A DNA stretch of 40,975 nucleotides, from positions 1 through 40,975 of the forward strand of contig CAVHZB010000011.1 of the NCBI GenBank assembly GCA_963640555.1. Reading direction: 5' to 3'. This document shows positions 34,662 through 40,975 of the stretch, in pieces (the first letter of the stretch is position 1; every line of letters begins with the position of its first letter). The notes under the pieces are model-generated. The model did not search any database. It was given only the letters and a program-made list of their open reading frames with translations, and had not been told where the DNA came from. The stretch is from Phascolarctobacterium succinatutens. GTDB taxonomy: Bacteria > Bacillota > Clostridia > Oscillospirales > Oscillospiraceae. The position numbers and the translations under genes are program-made.

Positions 34662-36749
34662 TCAGTCAACTCCTCTGTAATACAGTCCCCTTGTGAGGTC
34701 ATTGGGCTGGAAATCGCCCTCGCCCTTATATCTTTTAGCCACCTGAACGCACTCGCGCGCGCTCTCCGTGGTAAACATCAGTCTTATGCCCCAGAGTCCC
34801 GCTCCGCACAGCTCGTCATTTTTATCCGCCATGAAGAGCTTGCGGGAGTTATAGATCACATTCCTGTGCTCATATTCCCTGACCACAGGAAACACCGAGC
34901 CCATTCTGTCGGAGAGCTGAGCCGGATTCTGGCATGAGCATGTGCCGAGGCTGTGGCTTATAATGCATTGGTCGGACACCATCAGCGGCAGTCTGCCGTA
35001 AGCGATGAGCTCCGTGTCAACGCTTTTTGCCATGTCGCGCACCTGTGCAAGGCGCATTTCAAACGATGCCGTTGCGGAGAGGAAGCCCATCCTGCGCATC
35101 ATATCCAGCGTGTACGAGTTAAACACATTCATGCCGAAATCGGCACGGATCTTCATGCCGGCCTTGCGGGCGATAACGATATGCCCGACATTTCCGACGA
35201 GCGCCTCGTTGACGCCGCGGTCGAAAAGACCGTGCAGCATTTTATATACCTCGCCTGCCTCATCGTCGGTGATCACCCTCGGCAGCACCGCGACGGGCAC
35301 CGCTCCGCGATCCATGAACGCTCTTACCATATCAAAGCTTTCATGCATAACGCGCACCGGAGCATAAATGTAGTCCGGTCTCGTATCGGCAAGCTCCCCG
35401 GAAAGCTGCTCTGCACACCTGATCTGATATATCATGACGGGATCCGTGACCGTGGGCGTTCCCTTCGGCATATCCGGCACCGGCAGCTTTGCACGCTGCG
35501 GCGGGCAGGCTCTTTTGTCGTTGAGCGAGGTTATGAGCTTGCGCCTGAGCTCGTTTATGGCCGAGGCGGAGAGGTACAGCCCGTCCTGCACTCTGCTCTG
35601 CGCGTCCACGCAGCAGTACGGCGTGCCGCCCGTTTTGCTGAGGCGGTCGCTCAGCGACTGCGCGTCTATCGCCTGTCTTATCGCCTTCTGAGGCTCGGAG
35701 CCGAACGCGACGACCTTGTTTCCGTCATTGTCGATCGCAGCAGCCTTGACGGCCTCGCCGGAGTTTACGACGACATAGAACTTCACCGGAACTCTGCGTT
35801 CCTCCTTGCCGATATACTCCCTGCGGGCATCGGCAAAGAGCTTTGAAGCCGACTTATCGTCCTCGGTCCTCACGCCGAACATATCCCTGCGGTCGCCGTC
35901 GAAATACCCCTGAGTAAATCCGTCGCGTGAGAACGCGTCGGCGAGGGTCTGCATTTCCTCGGCCGTAGGCCTGCGGTGCTCCTTTATAAGCCTTGAATAT
36001 ATGCCGGTGACAACGCCGGTGTACTCCGGGCGCTTCATCCTGCCCTCTATTTTTGCGCACGCAACTCCCGCTTCCTCGAGCTGTATGAGCCGGTCGGCAA
36101 GGCAATTGTCCTTAAGCGACAGCGGGTGGCTGTCCTCAAGCCTGCCGCCCATGGTGTATTCCATCCGGCACGGCTGCGCGCAGGCGCCGCGGTTTCCGCT
36201 TCTCCTGCCTATCAGCGCGGACATATAGCACTGACCGGAGTGGCAGAAGCACAGAGCCCCATGTACGAACACCTCGGTCTCTATAGGTGAGTGCTTTGTA
36301 ATAAACTTTATCTGCTCAAAGCTCAGCTCACGCGCAAGAACGGCTCTTGTAAGACCCATTTCGGCTGCCGCCTGAACTCCCGCAAGATTGTGTATGCTCA
36401 TCTGCGTGCTCGCGTGCAGGGGGATATCCGGCACGGCTTTTTTCAGCACGCTCAGAAGTCCGAGATCCTGCACGAGGATAGCGTCGGCTCCAAGCTCGGA
36501 CACTCTTCCCGCAAGCTCTGCCGCCTGATGCATCTCTCTGTCTCCGACAAGAGTGTTCATGGTGACATAGACCTTGCAGCCGCGTATTCTGCAGTAGCGC
36601 ACCGCTTTTTCAAATTCCTCGTCGCTGAAATTTTTCGCACCGCGGCGGGCATTGAAATTACCGAGTCCCATATAAACCGCATCCGCACCGTTCTGCACTG
36701 CGGCGATGACCGCCTCCGGAGAACCCGCGGGAGAGAGCAATTCAAGCAT
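34662..36749 (-). CDS. Peptidase U32 family protein (collagenase-like)
   Basis: Carries the U32 signature EVFVHGALCFCHSGQCYMS. The N-terminus is LELLSPAGSPEAV. I prefer ATG 36749, because the AGAGGT SD sits directly on ATG 36755. Confidence 0.9.
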   Translation of the reverse strand: MLELLSPAGSPEAVIAAVQNGADAVYMGLGNFNARRGAKNFSDEEFEKAVRYCRIRGCKVYVTMNTLVGDREMHQAAELAGRVSELGADAILVQDLGLLSVLKKAVPDIPLHASTQMSIHNLAGVQAAAEMGLTRAVLARELSFEQIKFITKHSPIETEVFVHGALCFCHSGQCYMSALIGRRSGNRGACAQPCRMEYTMGGRLEDSHPLSLKDNCLADRLIQLEEAGVACAKIEGRMKRPEYTGVVTGIYSRLIKEHRRPTAEEMQTLADAFSRDGFTQGYFDGDRRDMFGVRTEDDKSASKLFADARREYIGKEERRVPVKFYVVVNSGEAVKAAAIDNDGNKVVAFGSEPQKAIRQAIDAQSLSDRLSKTGGTPYCCVDAQSRVQDGLYLSASAINELRRKLITSLNDKRACPPQRAKLPVPDMPKGTPTVTDPVMIYQIRCAEQLSGELADTRPDYIYAPVRVMHESFDMVRAFMDRGAVPVAVLPRVITDDEAGEVYKMLHGLFDRGVNEALVGNVGHIVIARKAGMKIRADFGMNVFNSYTLDMMRRMGFLSATASFEMRLAQVRDMAKSVDTELIAYGRLPLMVSDQCIISHSLGTCSCQNPAQLSDRMGSVFPVVREYEHRNVIYNSRKLFMADKNDELCGAGLWGIRLMFTTESARECVQVAKRYKGEGDFQPNDLTRGLYYRGVD

Positions 36750-36781
36750 ATCCATACCTCTGGCATTTTATATAATGAAGA

Positions 36782-36790
36782 ATTATACCA
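36782..36790 (-). promoter_or_regulatory. Extended -10 element (TGGTATAAT) upstream of the U32 gene
   Basis: On the minus strand: TGgTATAAT about 25 nt upstream of the SD. There is no good -35. Confidence 0.4.
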
Positions 36791-36802
36791 CAAACAATGC
36801 TA

Positions 36803-36831
36803 TTGCTACAAGTTAATTTTAATGATATAAT
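36803..36831 (+). promoter_or_regulatory. Sigma-A promoter of the dnaD-like operon
   Basis: TTGCTA, a 17-nt spacer, then TGaTATAAT. Confidence 0.65.
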
Positions 36832-36902
36832 CTCTCGTGTTAAAGTCCATTGTGTAAACTTTGAGATAAAAATGTTCGGCAAAGGATGTTTGGGTAATCG
36901 GC

Positions 36903-37832
36903 ATGAGCATGGCAGAGCAAAACTTAATATCCGGCGATAACGCCGAAAAGCTCATCGCCGCGCACGACGGCGATGTCGCGCTGCTGTATATCTGGCTGTC
37001 CCGGCGCGGAAAGTTCGACGCTGATGCCGCTGCGCGCGAGCTGTGCAGAACGGCCGGTGAGATCGCAAAGGCGCACGAAAAGCTCGTCCGCATGCAGCTT
37101 TGGCAGACTCCCGCTGCCGGGGCCGAGGCAAAGCTTCCTCCGGCCGAGGAGCTTCCCGAATACACCTCGGAGGACATAGTCCGCCGCTCAAAGGAGGATC
37201 CGGGCTTTCAGGCAGTGATTATGCATGCCCGCAGCAGACTCGGGCGCACGCTCTCGACCTCGGATATGAAAACGCTTTTCGGCATATACGATTATCTGGC
37301 ACTGCCCGCCGACGTCATATTCATGCTCATCGGCTACTGCATAGATGTTTTTACGGAAAAATACGGCCCGGGAAGGCTCCCGTCCATGCGCAGCATTGAG
37401 AAAGAGGCCTACTCGTGGGCAAACAAGGAGATAATCACCATAGAGCAGGCGGATGAGTACATCCGCGCCGCCGCAGAAAGGCGTTCGCGCGCGGGCAGGC
37501 TGAAAACAGCTATGGGGCTGGGCTCCCGCATACTGACGCCTACAGAGCGCAAGTATATGGCGGCGTGGTTCGATATGGGCTTTGACGACGAAGCAATTCT
37601 GATAGCATACGACCGCACGGTGACGAACACCGGAGCGTTAAAATGGGGATATATGAACAAGATCCTTCTCTCATGGCAGGAAAAGGGCATCCGTACCGCC
37701 GACGATGTACGGGAGCGCGACAGTCGCTCTCCGGCAGCAGCGGTCAAAGCGGAAAATCAACACCGCAGCAGCGTCTCAGGTGATGAGCTCAAGCGCCTGC
37801 GCTCAATCTATGAAAAGGTTAAAAACGGTTAA
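36903..37832 (+). CDS. DnaD/DnaB_2-domain replication initiation / helicase-loading accessory protein
   Basis: 309 aa with two DnaB_2-like repeats (LFGIYDYLALPADVIFMLIGYC... and ERKYMAAWFDMGFDDEAILIAYDRTV). It is followed directly by a DnaI-like ATPase. Confidence 0.8.
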   Translation: MSMAEQNLISGDNAEKLIAAHDGDVALLYIWLSRRGKFDADAAARELCRTAGEIAKAHEKLVRMQLWQTPAAGAEAKLPPAEELPEYTSEDIVRRSKEDPGFQAVIMHARSRLGRTLSTSDMKTLFGIYDYLALPADVIFMLIGYCIDVFTEKYGPGRLPSMRSIEKEAYSWANKEIITIEQADEYIRAAAERRSRAGRLKTAMGLGSRILTPTERKYMAAWFDMGFDDEAILIAYDRTVTNTGALKWGYMNKILLSWQEKGIRTADDVRERDSRSPAAAVKAENQHRSSVSGDELKRLRSIYEKVKNG

Positions 37833-37835
37833 ACA

Positions 37836-38807
37836 ATGTCACTTGACGGAAAGATCCTGGCAAAGGCCAGAGAACAGATCGGACACACTCATGCAAGCAA
37901 TGTCGCAGAGCACTATCTGCGGCAGGAGAAGATATATTCTCACATACCCGAGATACAGAGGATAGACGAGCGTCTGCGCTGTCAGATGTCAGAGCTTGTG
38001 GGACTCACGATAAAGCGCAGCGCCGATCTTACCGAGGCGCTCAAGAGGCTGGAGGACGAAAGCCTCGCGCTGCAGCTGCGCAAGGGCGAGCTTCTGCGCG
38101 AGCACGGCTATCCGGTCGATTATCTTGAGGATATTTACACCTGCCCGAAGTGCAGGGACACGGGCTTTATCGGAAGCCGGATGTGCTCCTGCCTGCACGA
38201 GGCATATAACCGCGAGCTCACGAATGAACTCAGCACGCTTTTGAAAAGCAGCCGCGACAGCTTTGAGAGCTTCGATCTGAGCCTGTACGGTCCTGCATCG
38301 GAGAGCATGAGCATCGTTTTCGAGACCTGCCGCGAATATGCTCACAGCTTTTCGGAGCGCTCGATCAACCTTCTGTTTCAGGGCGGAACGGGGCTCGGAA
38401 AAACATTTCTGTCTGCGTGCATAGCGCGCGTTGTCGCGGAAAGCGGACATTCGGTGTGCTATGACACGGCGGCCTCGGCGCTTGAGGCGTTCGAGCTCAA
38501 GAAATTTGCGCGCGATGCGGAATCGGCGGAGAAGGCCTCCGTCAGGGTCGAAAGAATGCTCGAATGCGAGCTGATGATCCTCGACGATCTCGGCACCGAA
38601 ATGCTCACGCAGATAAGCGTTTCCGCACTCTATACGCTTATAAACACCCGCCTTGTAAACGGCAGGAAGACCATTATAAGCACAAATCTCACCGACGCGG
38701 AGCTTGCAAAAAGATACACTCCGCAGATATGTTCGAGAATAGACGGCGAGTTTACAAAGCTCCCGTTTGTTGGAACGGATATACGACAGCTTAAAAAGGA
38801 GATGTAG
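37836..38807 (+). CDS. DnaI/DnaC-like helicase loader (IstB-like AAA+ ATPase)
   Basis: 323 aa. N-terminal Zn motif CPKCRDTGFIGSRMCSC, Walker A GGTGLGKTFL and Walker B LMILDDLG. Confidence 0.85.
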   Translation: MSLDGKILAKAREQIGHTHASNVAEHYLRQEKIYSHIPEIQRIDERLRCQMSELVGLTIKRSADLTEALKRLEDESLALQLRKGELLREHGYPVDYLEDIYTCPKCRDTGFIGSRMCSCLHEAYNRELTNELSTLLKSSRDSFESFDLSLYGPASESMSIVFETCREYAHSFSERSINLLFQGGTGLGKTFLSACIARVVAESGHSVCYDTAASALEAFELKKFARDAESAEKASVRVERMLECELMILDDLGTEMLTQISVSALYTLINTRLVNGRKTIISTNLTDAELAKRYTPQICSRIDGEFTKLPFVGTDIRQLKKEM

Positions 38808-38808
38808 A

Positions 38809-39837
38809 ATGGATCAGCATGAGATAACACGGGAGATCCCTCTGCTCAACGCACAGGGCGAGCTTACCGAGCCGGGCTTTGCAAAAAAGCTTCTGCCGGT
38901 GTACAGGCGAGCGGATATAAAGGCAAGTCCCCTGCGTATAAAGGAGTGGGACTACTACCTTATAAATAACGGCAGATTCGCCCTTGCCCTGACCATCGAC
39001 GATAACGGCTACATGGGGCTTGACTCGATAAGCCTGCTCGATTTTGAGGAGGGCTGGGAGATAACCACAAGTCCGATGTGCTTCATGCCTCTCGGCAAGC
39101 GCAGGCTCCCCGAAACCAGCAAGGCCGGCGACACCACGGCCATCGGCAAAAATTACAGTATTTATTTTAAAAACGACGGCTCCGGTGTGCGCACTCTCAT
39201 CGCGCAGATGAAGAAATTCGGTCCCGCCGGCTCACTGTATGCCAAGGTCGAGCTGTTTGACGAGCCTGAAGAAAGCATGGTCATCGCAACGCCGTTCGAC
39301 AAGCCCGGTCATTTCTACTACAACCAGAAAATAAACTGCCTGCGTGCACGCGGCGAGGTCAGCTACGACGGCAGGACGTATGTTTTCGATCCCGAGAGCA
39401 GCTTTGCCGTGCTCGACTGGGGCCGCGGCGTGTGGACATACAAAAACACATGGTACTGGGGCTCGGCATCCGGCGCGGTGGACGGCGTACCGTTCGGCTG
39501 GAACATAGGCTACGGCTTCGGCAACACCTCGGCCGCCAGTGAAAACATGCTGTTTTATAACGGCAGGGCGCATAAGCTGAGCCAAGTCAAATTCAACATT
39601 CCCGGCGGCGAAAAGGCCTTCATGGAGCCATGGACCTTCACCTCCGACGACGGCAGGTTCGAGATGGACTTCCGTCCGGTGCTCGACCGTGCGTCATGCA
39701 CCGATGTCGGGCTCATAAAGAGCGATCAGCATCAGGTCTTCGGTCTGTTCACCGGAAAGGCCGTGCTCGACGACGGCAAAGCAATAGAAATACGAGACTT
39801 CCCCGGCTTTGCCGAAAAGGTCTCGAACAAATGGTAA
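38809..39837 (+). CDS. DUF2804-family protein
   Basis: ATG 38809 has an AAGGAG SD and lies 1 nt after the dnaI-like stop. Motifs remembered from DUF2804: KEWDYYLI, DWGRGVW.YKNTWYWGSASG and FGWNIGYGFG. Confidence 0.7.
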   Translation: MDQHEITREIPLLNAQGELTEPGFAKKLLPVYRRADIKASPLRIKEWDYYLINNGRFALALTIDDNGYMGLDSISLLDFEEGWEITTSPMCFMPLGKRRLPETSKAGDTTAIGKNYSIYFKNDGSGVRTLIAQMKKFGPAGSLYAKVELFDEPEESMVIATPFDKPGHFYYNQKINCLRARGEVSYDGRTYVFDPESSFAVLDWGRGVWTYKNTWYWGSASGAVDGVPFGWNIGYGFGNTSAASENMLFYNGRAHKLSQVKFNIPGGEKAFMEPWTFTSDDGRFEMDFRPVLDRASCTDVGLIKSDQHQVFGLFTGKAVLDDGKAIEIRDFPGFAEKVSNKW

Positions 39838-39847
39838 GGAGACTCAC

Positions 39848-40255
39848 ATGAAATTTCTGACAGAAGAATGGAGCAAGGAATTTACCGCCCTTGCAAAGGA
39901 CACATTTTCTCCCGGTAAGACCCCGTCCAAGCTGACTCTTACTCTCTGCGAATGCTATAATGCCGTGCCTCAGTGCGGCGGCGACACCGTGTGGTTTATG
40001 TACACATTCAAAAACGGCGTTCTTGAGAGCATTGAGCGCGGCACGGGACGCAGCAATGCTCCGGCGGCGGATTATACCTCCGACTGTGACTATGCGCCGT
40101 TTGTGCAGACCATGACTGGCGAGCTGAACACGGTAAAGGCTCTCACCTCCGGTAAAATAAAGCTCAAGGGCAATCTCATGAAGGCTCTTAAAATGCTTGA
40201 CACGCACAATGTGCTCACCGAGTGCAAGCGGCTCAACGGTGCCACCGAGTGGTAA
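39848..40255 (+). CDS. SCP2 sterol-binding-domain protein
   Basis: 135 aa with an AAGGAG SD. The C-terminal motif ALTSGKIKLKGNLMKALKM is typical of SCP-2. Confidence 0.7.
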   Translation: MKFLTEEWSKEFTALAKDTFSPGKTPSKLTLTLCECYNAVPQCGGDTVWFMYTFKNGVLESIERGTGRSNAPAADYTSDCDYAPFVQTMTGELNTVKALTSGKIKLKGNLMKALKMLDTHNVLTECKRLNGATEW

Positions 40256-40282
40256 TTGCGCACTTAACGGCAGTATTTGCGC

Positions 40283-40311
40283 TTGTAGGTGCACACGATC
40301 TCCTGTATAAT
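40283..40311 (+). promoter_or_regulatory. Candidate promoter of the last gene
   Basis: TTGTAG, a 17-nt spacer, then TATAAT. Confidence 0.5.
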
Positions 40312-40351
40312 TATCTTATGAGAAATAAATTTTTAAACGGAGGATAATTTT

Positions 40352-40963
40352 ATGGGCAGAAAGATCTACTCCTTGCAGGGCTCCTCTGCAAGCTTCCCCA
40401 GCCACGATGATTTCGGCTGGTTCAAGTATGTTTCCGACGAAGATTTCCAGCGCCTTTGGGTGCAGGGTATGCTCAAGGAATACAACGGTCAGTACTATCA
40501 GGATGAGCGCGCATCGGCTCCCAATCCCGCCGCAGGCGGCGCTCCGAACGCGGGCTACTCCGCCCCAAATGCGGGCTATGCCGCTCCCAACGGCGCTCCG
40601 CAGTACACCCCGCCGCAGTATGCTCAGCCGCAGTACACCCGCGGTCCCGCTGCATTCTCGGCAAACGGCGACATCGGCTTCCTCGGCAAGATCTACGCCG
40701 ACCCCGGCAAAACCCTCAGGATAATGGCTCCGATAGTCTTCATTCTCGGGCTGATTCTCTCGCTCATTCTTGCCATCAACCTCGGCAAGACCGTTTCCAT
40801 CGACTATCTCTGGGGCGGCAGCTCGAGCGAGTTCGACTTCGGCAGATTCCTGCTGATATTCCTCACCGGCGGCGTTACCTCTTACCTCACCGGTCTGTCG
40901 ATCGCCGCATTCGGCGAGCTCGTCACCAACACCCGCGGCATCAAGGATAACACCAAGAAGTAA
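40352..40963 (+). CDS. Membrane protein with a P/Q/Y/A/N-rich repeat linker, function unknown
   Basis: 203 aa with a GGAGGA SD 7 nt upstream. It has a soluble N-terminal ~55 aa, then APNAGYS/APNAGYA/APNGAP and QYTPPQYAQPQYT repeats, then two hydrophobic helices. Confidence 0.7.
   Translation: MGRKIYSLQGSSASFPSHDDFGWFKYVSDEDFQRLWVQGMLKEYNGQYYQDERASAPNPAAGGAPNAGYSAPNAGYAAPNGAPQYTPPQYAQPQYTRGPAAFSANGDIGFLGKIYADPGKTLRIMAPIVFILGLILSLILAINLGKTVSIDYLWGGSSSEFDFGRFLLIFLTGGVTSYLTGLSIAAFGELVTNTRGIKDNTKK
40541..40640 (+). repeat. In-frame tandem coding repeats (two 21-nt units plus degenerate copies)
   Basis: GCTCCGAACGCGGGCTACTCC / GCCCCAAATGCGGGCTATGCC / GCTCCCAACGGCGCTCCG, followed by repeated CCGCAGTA(C/T) units. 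Confidence 0.6.
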
Positions 40964-40975
40964 AAGCATATAAGC

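Noticed and set aside
36756-36902. A replication origin or DnaA-box cluster next to dnaD/dnaI
   Set aside because: I found no cluster of TTATCCACA-like boxes here or elsewhere in the window. The AT-rich spacer is explained by two divergent promoters.
36903-38807. The dnaD-like/dnaI-like pair as a marker of a prophage or other mobile element
   Set aside because: No integrase, recombinase, terminase, capsid, repressor or att-like repeats occur anywhere in the window, and the flanking genes are housekeeping. I cannot exclude paralogy with a second chromosomal set.

Overview
This window looks like core-chromosome sequence from a moderately GC-rich Firmicutes/Clostridia-type bacterium. That origin is inferred from GGAGG-type Shine-Dalgarno sites, TTGACA-17-TATAAT promoters, glgD, dnaD/dnaI-type helicase-loader genes and a LysM-GH18 spore-cortex-type hydrolase. 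I can support 36 protein-coding genes at very high coding density, arranged in co-directional blocks:
(i) prs-pth-glgC-glgD-glgP plus a PsuK/YeiC-like PfkB kinase (minus strand, 163-7352).
(ii) A DUF1700-like membrane protein with a long polyacidic linker, plus a coupled 63-aa membrane protein.
(iii) proS with a translationally coupled lipoprotein, then an NSS transporter, a LysR/PaaI-thioesterase divergon, a LysM-GH18 hydrolase and an FAD protein.
(iv) A glycolipid-type operon: a CrtO-family acyltransferase, a UgtP-like GT28 glycosyltransferase fused in frame to a DagK-type lipid kinase, a Cof-HAD hydrolase and a GNAT.
(v) thiI-cinA.
(vi) U32 peptidase-maf-mreC-mreD-PBP2-mgsA-hisS-aspS-comM (minus strand, 25301-36749).
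(vii) dnaD-like, dnaI-like, DUF2804 and SCP2 genes, plus a repeat-containing membrane protein.
I saw no rRNA, tRNA, CRISPR array, transposase/integrase or recognisable defence system.
Three things merit a second look. First, the only large non-coding gap (24690-25300, AT-rich) holds a consensus promoter run straight into a terminator upstream of thiI. It also holds a coherent plus-strand mini transcription unit whose main ORF is broken by an in-frame TAA at codon 4, and two related 13-bp hairpins. Second, the GT28::DagK fusion and its CrtO-like partner. Third, the reduced maf-mreCD-PBP2-mgsA cluster without mreB/minCDE/rodA, and aaRS genes without room for T-box leaders.
All functional calls come from motif and architecture recognition by eye. 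No database search or folding program was run.
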